DNA of 32,000 nucleotides from Candidatus Saccharimonadota bacterium (GTDB taxonomy: Bacteria > Patescibacteriota > Patescibacteriia > 2-12-FULL-60-25): NCBI GenBank assembly GCA_963718585.1, contig OY970357.1, forward strand, positions 60,001-92,000, read 5' to 3'. A model generated the notes under the pieces. The model was not told where the DNA came from. It saw only the letters and a program-made list of their open reading frames with translations, and searched no databases. This document shows positions 1 to 7,580 of the stretch, piece by piece (position 1 is the stretch's first letter; each line of letters starts with the position of its first letter). Both the position numbers and the translations under genes were made by a program.

Positions 1-469
1 GCGCTTTTTGATCGTGTGATCCTTGGAACCGCTTCAAGATGTCGATGACGTCGTCGATCGTCGGGCGTTCATATCCTTTATTCTCCGTGATCTCGCCCTC
101 GGGGTCGAACGTCGTGCTCGTCGCACCGAGCCGTGCGGTCGCCTCATACGTCTTATCGAGTCCGACGAGTGCGGTCAGCTTTTTGGTCGCTGGGCCGACA
201 CCGACGATCAAGAGCCCGGTCGCGAACGGATCGAGCGTTCCAGCGTGACCGATCCGGCGGATCTTCAAGATGCCGCGCAGTTTTGCGACGACATCGTGGC
301 TCGTCCATCCTGTGGGTTTATCGATCAAGAGAAGACCCCCAGGATCGCGACCCGCTTGGTCTTCGCTACGCTCCACGCTCACCGGTCCGTCGAGTACGTC
401 TCGCGCGTCGCTCGCTCCAGACCGGCGCGTCTCATCGATCCTGGAGGTCTTCGGGACTTTTTGTGACAT
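1..469 (-). CDS. truB: tRNA pseudouridine(55) synthase TruB, N-terminal part (gene runs off the window start)
   Basis: Absent from the ORF track because it has no stop in the window. My minus-strand translation from ATG 469 gives MSQKVPKTS...GGLLLIDKPTGWTSHDVVAKLRGILKIRRIGHAGTLDPFATGLLIVGVGPATKKLTALVGLDKTYEATARLGATSTTFDPEGEI. This contains the TruB motifs KPxGxTSHD and GHxGTLDPxAxG. About 45 aa of non-conserved N-terminal extension precede them. Confidence 0.85.
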   Translation of the reverse strand, partial: MSQKVPKTSRIDETRRSGASDARDVLDGPVSVERSEDQAGRDPGGLLLIDKPTGWTSHDVVAKLRGILKIRRIGHAGTLDPFATGLLIVGVGPATKKLTALVGLDKTYEATARLGATSTTFDPEGEITENKGYERPTIDDVIDILKRFQGSHDQKA

Positions 470-484
470 GCCCGCATCCTAGCA
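470..484 (-). promoter_or_regulatory. Extended -10 promoter of truB in a leaderless arrangement
   Basis: The minus strand reads TGcTAGGAT gcgggc ATG. The -10 box ends 6 nt before the start codon at 469. Confidence 0.45.
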
Positions 485-520
485 TAAAAAGAAACACCCG
501 CCGTCGTGCGACAGCGGGTG
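485..520 (-). terminator. Intrinsic terminator after ORF 527..1018
   Basis: 12-bp stem, cacccgccgtcg (495-506) with cgacagcgggtg (509-520), containing one G-U pair. On the minus strand it is followed by TTTCTTTTT. Confidence 0.7.
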
Positions 521-526
521 AGGAGA

Positions 527-1018
527 CTAGGAGGGCATGGGCTTCAGCGGGCGCAAAAGCCACGCTTCGAAGAGGGCGACCATGTCATGATATTCGCCGC
601 ACGCGATCTCGTGACGCCATCCCCCGGGGACGGACGTGTCTCGCGCCCAGCCGTTCGACGCAAGGATGCGGTGACCGCCGTCTTTCCCTTTTTCGACCTC
701 TCGCCAGGAGAAACTGACCGTGACGGTCTTCCCATCCCGTTGGACATCCGCAAAGAGCCAGGTCTCCTTGGACATGATGTCCCACCAGCGAAAGGTCCCG
801 ATGGTCGCTTCGTTGATCCCGGAAAGCTCCATGAGCTTGCCCAGGATCTTCCGCTGCTCCTCAGCGCTCGGGAGTCGTTTGAGGAATTCCATCGTAAAGA
901 AGATGCGCTCTGGATCCGTACTCGGTGGATGAAGGCTTTTAGCCGCTTCGCGCGTCTTTTCTTCGCCCGAGAGCTCGACAGTGAATGCCGAAAGGACGTC
1001 TTCAGCCGGAAAGAACAT
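527..1018 (-). CDS. Hypothetical protein (163 aa), no family recognised
   Basis: Intact ORF. GGAGGTG Shine-Dalgarno (plus-strand cacctcc 1023-1029) lies 4 nt before ATG 1018. An intrinsic terminator follows at 485-520. Amino-acid composition looks like a real globular protein. Confidence 0.65.
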   Translation of the reverse strand: MFFPAEDVLSAFTVELSGEEKTREAAKSLHPPSTDPERIFFTMEFLKRLPSAEEQRKILGKLMELSGINEATIGTFRWWDIMSKETWLFADVQRDGKTVTVSFSWREVEKGKDGGHRILASNGWARDTSVPGGWRHEIACGEYHDMVALFEAWLLRPLKPMPS

Positions 1019-1088
1019 GTTTCACCTCCGCGTTTACCCTAATGGATACCGCGCGGTTTGGCCAGACAGCCGTCCAAGGCTAAAAAGA

Positions 1089-1117
1089 TTGACTTTTTCG
1101 CCAAAATCTCCTACCCT
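1089..1117 (+). promoter_or_regulatory. Sigma70-type promoter of infB
   Basis: TTGACT (1089-1094), 17 nt spacer, TACCCT (1112-1117). Only 8 nt lie between the -10 box and ATG 1126. Confidence 0.45.
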
Positions 1118-1125
1118 TGGCCCAC

Positions 1126-3144
1126 ATGAACGTCTCTGATTTGGCCCGCAAATTGCGGACAACGCCCCACGAGCTCCTGCAGAAACTTCCGGTGCTCGGT
1201 TTTGATGTCGGTCGCAAGGCGATCAAGATCGATAACACGGTCGCGGATCGGATCATCAGGAAATGGTACGAGAACGAGCGGCGCGAACGTATCCGGAACA
1301 CCTTGCTTGCGTCTGCCAAAAAGCCGGGGGAGGAGGCGACGAAGGAGCTCAAGGCCATAAAGCTTCCGTCGGTCATCGTCGTGCGTGAGTTGGCGGGACG
1401 TTTGAATCTCCCGGTCACGCGCGTCATTCAGGAATTGATGCGCGCCGGCATCCTCGCGTCGCAAAATGAACGGTTGGATTTTGAGACCGCGGCCATCATC
1501 TCGGAAGAGCTTGGGTTCAAGGCGGAACCGGCCGAGGCGAAGCCGGATGACGCTAATGAGCAGGTCCAGGCGGTCGATCGTGTGAAGGAGGTCTTCGCTT
1601 CGGAGAAGGTAGAGCATTTGATCGCCCGTCCCCCTGTCATCGTGGTCATGGGACACGTGGACCATGGGAAGACCAAGCTTCTCGATGCGATCCGTGAGAC
1701 GAATGTCGTAGACAAGGAAGCGGGCGGCATTACACAGCATATCGGTGCGTACCAAGTGGAACGGAAGGATCGGAAGATCACGTTCATCGATACGCCGGGT
1801 CATGAGGCGTTCACGGTCATGCGTTCGCGTGGTGCGAAGGTCGCGGATGTCGCGATCCTCGTGATCGCGGCGGATGACGGGGTCCAGCCGCAGACCAAGG
1901 AAGCGCTTGAGATCATCCAGGCGGCAAAAATCCCGTTCGTCGTCGCATTGAACAAGATGGATAAGCCTGACGTTGATCCGGATCGCGTCCTTGCGCAGCT
2001 TTCCGAGCTCGGGGTGACGACCGAGGCCTGGGGCGGACAAGTTCCCCTCGCCAAGGTCTCAGCCAAAAGCATGATGGGTATCGACGAGCTCCTTGACGTG
2101 CTGTTGCTCGTCGCGGAAATGAACGCAGACAAGATCCGCGCCAATCCCACCCGTGATGCGATCGGCACGATCGTGGAATCGCACGTGGATAAGGGCGAGG
2201 GCCCGGTCGCGACGGTCCTTATCCAAGCCGGTACGCTGAAGAAGAATGATTATCTCGGCATCGGTGGGGCGTTATACGGACGCGTGCGTTCCATGCGCGC
2301 ATGGAACGGTGCGCAGCTTGATGCGGCGCCGCCGGGCACACCGGTAAAGGTGCTTGGATTCAAGGTCCTGCCTGCGGTCGGCGACATCATGGAGGTTCCG
2401 GAGAATTTTAAGGATCTCGAGGCGAAGAAGGCCAAGACCGGGGCGCAAAAGGTCACGCAGTCCTTCACGGCCGCGAAGATCGCCCCAGAAGAAGGGGAGG
2501 AGACGCCGTCCAAAAAGAAGACATTGAATGTGATCCTGAAATGCGATGTGCTCGGTTCGCTTGAAGCTCTGCTCGGCATGTTCGAAAAGATCCGTCATGA
2601 GGATGTCGGCGTCGAGGTCATCCAAAAAGGGCTCGGCAATGTGAATGAGAACGACGTGACGCGCGCTATGAACTCACAACCAGCTGTCGTCTACGCTTTC
2701 AACGTCGTGCCGACGCCGCAGGCAACGGCCCTCGCGCGTGACGAGAACGTGGATATCATGGAGTGCAAGATCATCTACGAGCTTTTTGATGATGTGATCC
2801 GCCGGTTGAACATCCTTGTCCCGCCGGAGGTCATCGTGACGCCGCTTGGGACCTTCGAGACCGTTGCCGTCTTCCGCACAGAGTCCGGCCGCATGGTCGT
2901 CGGTGGGAAGGTGATCGAAGGCAAGATCGTCGCCGGAGAAAAGGTCCGTGTATGGCGCGGAGAGGAGCCGATCGGCGAAGGGGTCATCGATTCGGTGCAG
3001 TCTGGCAAACAGACGGTGAAGGAGGCGCACAACGGACAGGAGTGTGGTGTCTCGTTCAAAGGCAAGACCAAGCTCCAGGCGGGTGACCGGCTCGAGGTCT
3101 ATCACGAAGAAGTGAAGGAACGGAAGATCGACATTCCGCGGTAA
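1126..3144 (+). CDS. infB: Translation initiation factor IF-2
   Basis: GTPase motifs VVMGHVDHGKTKLLD, DTPGHEAF and NKMD. The N-terminus MNVSDLARKLRTTPHELLQKL resembles the IF2 N-domain. The track start 1117 is a TTG, so I prefer the in-frame ATG at 1126. A terminator follows directly. Confidence 0.95.
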   Translation: MNVSDLARKLRTTPHELLQKLPVLGFDVGRKAIKIDNTVADRIIRKWYENERRERIRNTLLASAKKPGEEATKELKAIKLPSVIVVRELAGRLNLPVTRVIQELMRAGILASQNERLDFETAAIISEELGFKAEPAEAKPDDANEQVQAVDRVKEVFASEKVEHLIARPPVIVVMGHVDHGKTKLLDAIRETNVVDKEAGGITQHIGAYQVERKDRKITFIDTPGHEAFTVMRSRGAKVADVAILVIAADDGVQPQTKEALEIIQAAKIPFVVALNKMDKPDVDPDRVLAQLSELGVTTEAWGGQVPLAKVSAKSMMGIDELLDVLLLVAEMNADKIRANPTRDAIGTIVESHVDKGEGPVATVLIQAGTLKKNDYLGIGGALYGRVRSMRAWNGAQLDAAPPGTPVKVLGFKVLPAVGDIMEVPENFKDLEAKKAKTGAQKVTQSFTAAKIAPEEGEETPSKKKTLNVILKCDVLGSLEALLGMFEKIRHEDVGVEVIQKGLGNVNENDVTRAMNSQPAVVYAFNVVPTPQATALARDENVDIMECKIIYELFDDVIRRLNILVPPEVIVTPLGTFETVAVFRTESGRMVVGGKVIEGKIVAGEKVRVWRGEEPIGEGVIDSVQSGKQTVKEAHNGQECGVSFKGKTKLQAGDRLEVYHEEVKERKIDIPR

Positions 3145-3173
3145 AGAAAAACGGGCTTTGGCCCGTTTTTTTT
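3145..3173. terminator. Intrinsic terminator after infB (A-run / stem / T-run, usable on both strands)
   Basis: aaaaacgggc tttg gcccgtttttttt. Confidence 0.8.
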
Positions 3174-3176
3174 ATA

Positions 3177-3201
3177 GAAAAACCGCCGCTAGGGGCGGCG
3201 G
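3177..3201 (-). terminator. Hairpin terminator of the small membrane-protein gene, with the stop codon in the loop
   Basis: Stem ccgccgc (3183-3189) with gcggcgg (3195-3201). On the minus strand it is followed by TTTTT. Confidence 0.5.
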
Positions 3202-3479
3202 GAGATCTCGCGGTAGATGTAGATCTGGAAGAGGAGTGTCGCGACGATGGCGATGGAAACGACCAGGGTGAAGAGATCGAAGATCGATGCAGGGATCTCG
3301 TCGATGTGCGGGCGGATGAACACGGCGAACGTGGCCATACCCGCAAGGACACCGGTGATCTCGACCACGAGGATCAGTCGGCCGACCTGATGTCGGAATG
3401 CAGGTGGCGCCTGCGGTTTTGGCGGTGGAACGCTCTTTGCGAACGTTTGCGGCGGGGGGATCGACGTGTGTTCGGACAT
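3189..3479 (-). CDS. Small membrane protein (96 aa, Pro-rich N-terminus, two predicted TM helices)
   Basis: GAGGAGG Shine-Dalgarno (plus cctcctc 3484-3490) lies 4 nt before ATG 3479. Two hydrophobic stretches are present (LILVVEITGVLAGMATFAVFI and IFDLFTLVVSIAIVATLLFQIYI). The overlapping 208-aa ORF 3172..3798 has an Arg/Pro-rich junk composition. Confidence 0.6.
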   Translation of the reverse strand: MSEHTSIPPPQTFAKSVPPPKPQAPPAFRHQVGRLILVVEITGVLAGMATFAVFIRPHIDEIPASIFDLFTLVVSIAIVATLLFQIYIYREISRRP

Positions 3480-3625
3480 GGAGCCTCCTCTGGGAAAGAG
3501 CCGATTGCAGCTTTGCAGGCTCCCGTTTTTTCGTCAATTCAACCCCTTGCGCCAATGGACGCTGCGGCGTAGTCTTTTGAATACCATTTACCATTGATCC
3601 CCGTCTTGTGCGGGCCTCCACATCT

Positions 3626-3949
3626 ATGGAACACACATTCACCGACGCAAATTTTGACGCCGAAGTCCTTCGATCATCCACCCCGGTCCTCGTGGACTTT
3701 TGGGCACCTTGGTGCGGCCCGTGCCGCATGACCGGTCCGATCATCGAGGAACTTGCCGGCGAGGTCGATGGATCCAAGTTGAAGATCGGGAAGGTCAATG
3801 TCGATGAGAACGGCCAGGTCGCGCAGACCTACGGCATCCTCTCCATCCCGACCTTCATGGTCTTCAAGGACGGGAAGGTCGCCGAACAGTTCGTCGGCGC
3901 CATGAATAAGCAGGGCTTCATGGACAAGCTCGGGAAGTATCTCGCATGA
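3626..3949 (+). CDS. trxA: Thioredoxin
   Basis: WCGPC active site in [15 protein letters not shown], with a typical length of about 107 aa from ATG 3626. The track start 3608 is a GTG, 6 codons upstream. The stop overlaps the trxB start (ATGA at 3946-3949). Confidence 0.9.
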   Translation: MEHTFTDANFDAEVLRSSTPVLVDFWAPWCGPCRMTGPIIEELAGEVDGSKLKIGKVNVDENGQVAQTYGILSIPTFMVFKDGKVAEQFVGAMNKQGFMDKLGKYLA

Positions 3950-4872
3950 CCCACGACGTCATCATCATCGGATCCGGTCCGGCGGGTTGGACCGCGGCGA
4001 TCTACGCCGCGCGGGCGGATCTCCATCCGCTCGTCTTTGAGGGTGCCGAACCAGGGGGGCAGCTCATGACCACGACCGAGGTCGAGAATTTCCCCGGCTT
4101 CGTGAACGGGATCCAGGGACCGGAACTCATGCAGGTCCTGCGCGATCAGGCGAAACGATTCGGGACCGAGATCGTGACAGAGATGGTATCTGCCGTGGAT
4201 CTGACCAAGCGTCCATTCATGGTCACGGCCGGCGGACAGATGTATGAGGCGAAGACGATCATCGTCTCAACTGGCGCATCCGCGCGACGGCTAGGCTTGG
4301 GATCGGAAAAACAGCTGTATGGCCACGGCGTGTCCGCATGTGCGACGTGCGATGGGTTCTTCTTCAAGGGCAAGAACGTCATCGTGGTCGGCGGCGGAGA
4401 TAGTGCTATGGAAGAAGCGAATTTTCTGACCCGATTCGCAGAGAAGGTGAGCATCGTCCATCGGCGCGATGCATTTCGCGCGTCTAAGATCATGCAGGAA
4501 CGGACCGAATCCAATCCGAAGATCGATATCATCTGGAATGCGGAAGTCGCGGAGATCCTCGGCGTCGATGTGGGTCATGTCACGGGCGTAAAGCTCAAGG
4601 ATACGGTGACCGGCGAGTCGCGCGAGATGCCCATAGACGGCGTGTTCGCCGCGATCGGTCACAAACCGAATACGGAATTGTTCAAAAATACGCTCGATCT
4701 CGACGAGAAGGGCTACATCAAGACGATCCCCGGATCGACGAAGACGAACGTCCCGGGCGTGTTCGCAGCCGGCGATGTGCAGGATGCACGGTATCGCCAG
4801 GCGATCACGGCCGCCGGGACCGGTTGCATGGCCGCGCTCGACGCGGAAAAATACCTTAGCGAAGCAGAGTGA
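3946..4872 (+). CDS. trxB: Thioredoxin-disulfide reductase
   Basis: FAD motif [21 protein letters not shown], redox-active CATCDG, NADPH motif [12 protein letters not shown] and C-terminal GDVQD. Translationally coupled to trxA. Confidence 0.95.
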   Translation: MTHDVIIIGSGPAGWTAAIYAARADLHPLVFEGAEPGGQLMTTTEVENFPGFVNGIQGPELMQVLRDQAKRFGTEIVTEMVSAVDLTKRPFMVTAGGQMYEAKTIIVSTGASARRLGLGSEKQLYGHGVSACATCDGFFFKGKNVIVVGGGDSAMEEANFLTRFAEKVSIVHRRDAFRASKIMQERTESNPKIDIIWNAEVAEILGVDVGHVTGVKLKDTVTGESREMPIDGVFAAIGHKPNTELFKNTLDLDEKGYIKTIPGSTKTNVPGVFAAGDVQDARYRQAITAAGTGCMAALDAEKYLSEAE

Positions 4873-4882
4873 TCCTTGGATC

Positions 4883-4912
4883 AAAAAAACGTCCTGTCAG
4901 GGCGTTTTTTTT
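4883..4912. terminator. Bidirectional intrinsic terminator shared by trxB and the SMR-like gene
   Basis: aaaaaaacgtcct gtc agggcgtttttttt. Confidence 0.8.
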
Positions 4913-4914
4913 GT

Positions 4915-5241
4915 TCAGCCCTTCAGGACCGCTTCGATGGAGAGGAAGAGTACGCCGAGGAAGGCGAGTCCCAAGCCGATCATCTCGAATGTGGTCAGCT
5001 TCTCTTTGAAATAGAAGATCCCGGCGGCAGACGTCAGAAGGAAGATGAAGACGGTCGCAAAGGCATTCAGGACCGTGAGTTTGCCGTATTTGAGCGCGAG
5101 GGGAAATGCGATCGAAGATGCGATATAGAACGCCAGCGTGATCGCGAACATGCTGGTCTTGTTGTTGTCGGCCCAGACCTTGGCCGTGATGTTTCCGGCG
5201 ATCGTGACGATGGCCGTGACGATGGCGAGTGCGTAGCCCAT
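4915..5241 (-). CDS. Small four-TM transporter of the SMR/EamA (DMT) type, 108 aa
   Basis: Four hydrophobic helices in about 108 aa. TM1 reads IVTAIVTIAGNITAK, which resembles the EmrE AEVIGTTLMK region but has Thr in place of the conserved Glu. I start at MGYALAIV (ATG 5241). The 36 extra codons in the track ORF are Arg-rich and non-hydrophobic. Confidence 0.6.
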   Translation of the reverse strand: MGYALAIVTAIVTIAGNITAKVWADNNKTSMFAITLAFYIASSIAFPLALKYGKLTVLNAFATVFIFLLTSAAGIFYFKEKLTTFEMIGLGLAFLGVLFLSIEAVLKG

Positions 5242-5293
5242 GGGGGAGGGGAGTAAAGTGGACGAAATGCCTATTTTTAGGTACGTTTCGTGC

Positions 5294-6364
5294 ATGGTAA
5301 CGCGGAAGCAGGGAACGGGGAATGCGCGAGCTGCGCGTATTCTCGCCATTGAGACGAGTTGCGACGAGACGTCCGTCGCGATCGTTCGCGTTCGCGGAAC
5401 AGATGTCCGTGTCCTGCATCATGAGACGGCGACGCAGATCCCGATACATGCGCGATACGGGGGCGTGGTGCCCGAGATCGCGGCGCGCATGCATGTGGCC
5501 GAGACGGTCTCACTCCTCGACCGCGCCAGCGTGCTGAAAAAAGGACGATGTCCGTATGATGCGATCGCAGTGACGCGCGGACCTGGGCTCGCGACCGCGC
5601 TCCGTGTGGGGATCGAGGCTGGTCGGACATTGGCCTTCATCTCTGAAAAGCCGTTCATCGGTGTGAATCATCTTGAAGGGCACTTGGCTTCTTCTTGGCT
5701 GATCCCGTCGAATCGGAAACGGTGGACGTTTCCGATCTTATTCCTCCTCGTTTCCGGCGGTCACAGCGAACTTGTCCTCATGAAGGAGTTTCGGAAGATC
5801 CGGGTCCTTGGCCGGACGCGCGACGATGCGGCTGGGGAGGCGTTCGATAAGACCGCGAAGCTCATGGGGCTTGGATATCCTGGCGGACCGGCGATCTCCA
5901 TGCGGGCAAAAGATGGGAATCCGACGGCCTTTGACCTTCCACGGCCTATGTTGGGTGACGCATCTCTTGATTTCAGTTTTTCCGGATTCAAATCCGCCGT
6001 GCGGCGTGTTTGGGAGGGGTTGAGCGATACAGAACGCTCCCATCGTGGGACGGTCTCTGATCTGTGTGCGTCTGTTGAGCAGGCGATCGTGGATGTCCTT
6101 GTCGAAAAGACCATACGCGCCGCACTCAAGGTCAAACCAGCCGCGATCGCAGTCGTGGGTGGTGTGTCCGCCAACCAGCTCCTGCAATTCGAGATCGCGA
6201 AAGCCGTCACGGATCGATTGCCAAAGGTGACGTTGTTGGAGCCGGCGTCCGGATTCCATACGGACAACGCGGCCATGATCGCAGCGGCGGCCAGCTGGCG
6301 GCTCATGAACGGCGAGACCGACGATTGGAAAAAGGTGGATGCGAAGCCGGAATGGGATCTATGA
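5294..6364 (+). CDS. tsaD: tRNA N6-adenosine threonylcarbamoyltransferase TsaD
   Basis: ILAIETSCDETSVAIV, VNHLEGH, LLVSGGHSEL, GEAFDKTAKLMGLGYPGGP and HTDNAAMIA. Start chosen at ATG 5294, giving MVTRKQGTGNARAARILAIETSCDE. The track GTG 5240 adds 18 poorly coding codons. Confidence 0.92.
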   Translation: MVTRKQGTGNARAARILAIETSCDETSVAIVRVRGTDVRVLHHETATQIPIHARYGGVVPEIAARMHVAETVSLLDRASVLKKGRCPYDAIAVTRGPGLATALRVGIEAGRTLAFISEKPFIGVNHLEGHLASSWLIPSNRKRWTFPILFLLVSGGHSELVLMKEFRKIRVLGRTRDDAAGEAFDKTAKLMGLGYPGGPAISMRAKDGNPTAFDLPRPMLGDASLDFSFSGFKSAVRRVWEGLSDTERSHRGTVSDLCASVEQAIVDVLVEKTIRAALKVKPAAIAVVGGVSANQLLQFEIAKAVTDRLPKVTLLEPASGFHTDNAAMIAAAASWRLMNGETDDWKKVDAKPEWDL

Positions 6365-6852
6365 GGAAAGAAGCTCAAATCTCGGATCTCGGATCCAGAA
6401 CGTCGGATCGGGGAAGACGGGTGGTCGTTTCCGATCCCAAGATTCGAGATTCGAGATTCGAGATTCCAACTGTTACCGCCTGGGATCCCTTCGCGCGGAA
6501 GCTTTCCAAGATGCTCAAACCCGGTCACGTCCTTGCGATCTCCGGTGAACTTGGGGCAGGGAAGACGACATTCGTTCAAGCGCTTGCCAAGGTGTTCGGG
6601 GTCACCCGTCGTCCGCAGAGTCCGACGTTTGCGCTCATGCGGACCTATGCCCTTCCCAAGGCGGTCCATGGCATCAAGCGATTGATCCATGTGGACGCGT
6701 ATCGGATCGAGGATGAGCGGGAATTGCTTCCATTGGATCTCGATGAAGAGCTTTCAGACGGCAAGAGCCTCCTCGTGATAGAATGGCCGGAGAAGATCCC
6801 AGGATGGGTACATGATCACGCCAATCGTACGATCGAAATACAGATCATATGA
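6361..6852 (+). CDS. tsaE: tRNA threonylcarbamoyladenosine biosynthesis ATPase TsaE
   Basis: P-loop ISGELGAGKTTFVQALAKVFGV, SPTFALMRTY, HVDAYRI and EW. ATG 6361 overlaps the tsaD stop (ATGA). An alternative start is GTG 6421, which gives a more typical 143 aa. The first about 35 codons are built from heptamer repeats. Confidence 0.85.
   Translation: MRKEAQISDLGSRTSDRGRRVVVSDPKIRDSRFEIPTVTAWDPFARKLSKMLKPGHVLAISGELGAGKTTFVQALAKVFGVTRRPQSPTFALMRTYALPKAVHGIKRLIHVDAYRIEDERELLPLDLDEELSDGKSLLVIEWPEKIPGWVHDHANRTIEIQII
6441..6466 (+). repeat. Heptanucleotide tandem repeat (GATTCGA) x3 plus a partial copy
   Basis: gattcga gattcga gattcga gattc, read directly. The complementary-type heptamer ATCTCGG x2.5 lies at 6379-6395. 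Confidence 0.95.
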
Positions 6853-7547
6853 ATAATGAAAGTATGACGCAGCGGTTGCCGGAGGAACTTGAGCAGGCGA
6901 TCGCACGTATCAAAAAAGAAGACGGGAAACGGATGGATCCGCAACAGCGGAAAGAGATCGTCAAGATGGTCTTTGACGCTTTAAAGGACGAATTCGTATC
7001 ACTTGGCGCTTCCTACGAGGTCGATATCGATACGTTGTACAGATCGCTCCCTGACGGATCATTCATCGTGCGTCGTGAAGATCCGGAGCGGGTCATCAGG
7101 GCCGTCGCACAGCACACAGACCTGTCGATCGGTCTGGATCCAACGTTGGCGCATCATGGTGCGTATGCGAACAGTGTCGAATGGTCGCGGAGAGACGGTT
7201 CGCGTGGTTTGGACACCGCGTTCTTGGAAGGGGTGTCACATCTCGGCGGTATCGTGACTGTAGTTGGATCCGTTCCTGGCGCGGACCTCGAGGTCCGTTC
7301 GGTCACCCCCGAACGCACGCCATCAGCTCGGGGGACTGACCGTCGGCTTGTCCGGAGCGTCAGCGGTCGAATCCATCCGGAGGACATTCGGTTCGTCGTA
7401 TTACGTATCCCGTCGCAGTTCTTTCCGGAAGATGAGCTGACAGATGCAGAACAGGAAGCGCTCGACGAGGCGGAGGAAGCAGCTCCGCGAAGACCGATCT
7501 TTCGAGGATTTCGATTTCCAGACGTGCACGAACAGCGCGCGGCATAG
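6849..7547 (+). CDS. Hypothetical protein (232 aa), no family recognised
   Basis: ATGA overlap with the tsaE stop at 6849-6852. Coding-like composition. Ends at a strong bidirectional terminator. Confidence 0.6.
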   Translation: MNNESMTQRLPEELEQAIARIKKEDGKRMDPQQRKEIVKMVFDALKDEFVSLGASYEVDIDTLYRSLPDGSFIVRREDPERVIRAVAQHTDLSIGLDPTLAHHGAYANSVEWSRRDGSRGLDTAFLEGVSHLGGIVTVVGSVPGADLEVRSVTPERTPSARGTDRRLVRSVSGRIHPEDIRFVVLRIPSQFFPEDELTDAEQEALDEAEEAAPRRPIFRGFRFPDVHEQRAA

Positions 7548-7580
7548 AAAAAAGGACGTCTGGAAAGACGTCCTTTTAGG
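7548..7580. terminator. Bidirectional intrinsic terminator
   Basis: 12-bp stem, aaaaggacgtct (7550-7561) with agacgtcctttt (7566-7577), and loop ggaa. Confidence 0.85.

Noticed and set aside
1111-2040. 309-aa minus-strand ORF
   Set aside because: It is antisense to infB, has no Shine-Dalgarno or promoter, and has a shadow-frame composition.
3172-3798. 208-aa minus-strand ORF crossing the trxA upstream region
   Set aside because: It has an Arg/Pro-rich composition, and it overlaps both trxA and the better-supported 96-aa membrane-protein frame, which has a GAGGAGG Shine-Dalgarno.
6379-6466. Short direct repeats considered as a CRISPR array or mini-satellite contingency locus
   Set aside because: The units are 7 nt with no spacers, so this is not a CRISPR array. 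With only 2.5 and 3.7 copies, and a location in an essential-pathway operon, classical phase variation is unlikely. I kept the region as an RNA-structure finding instead.
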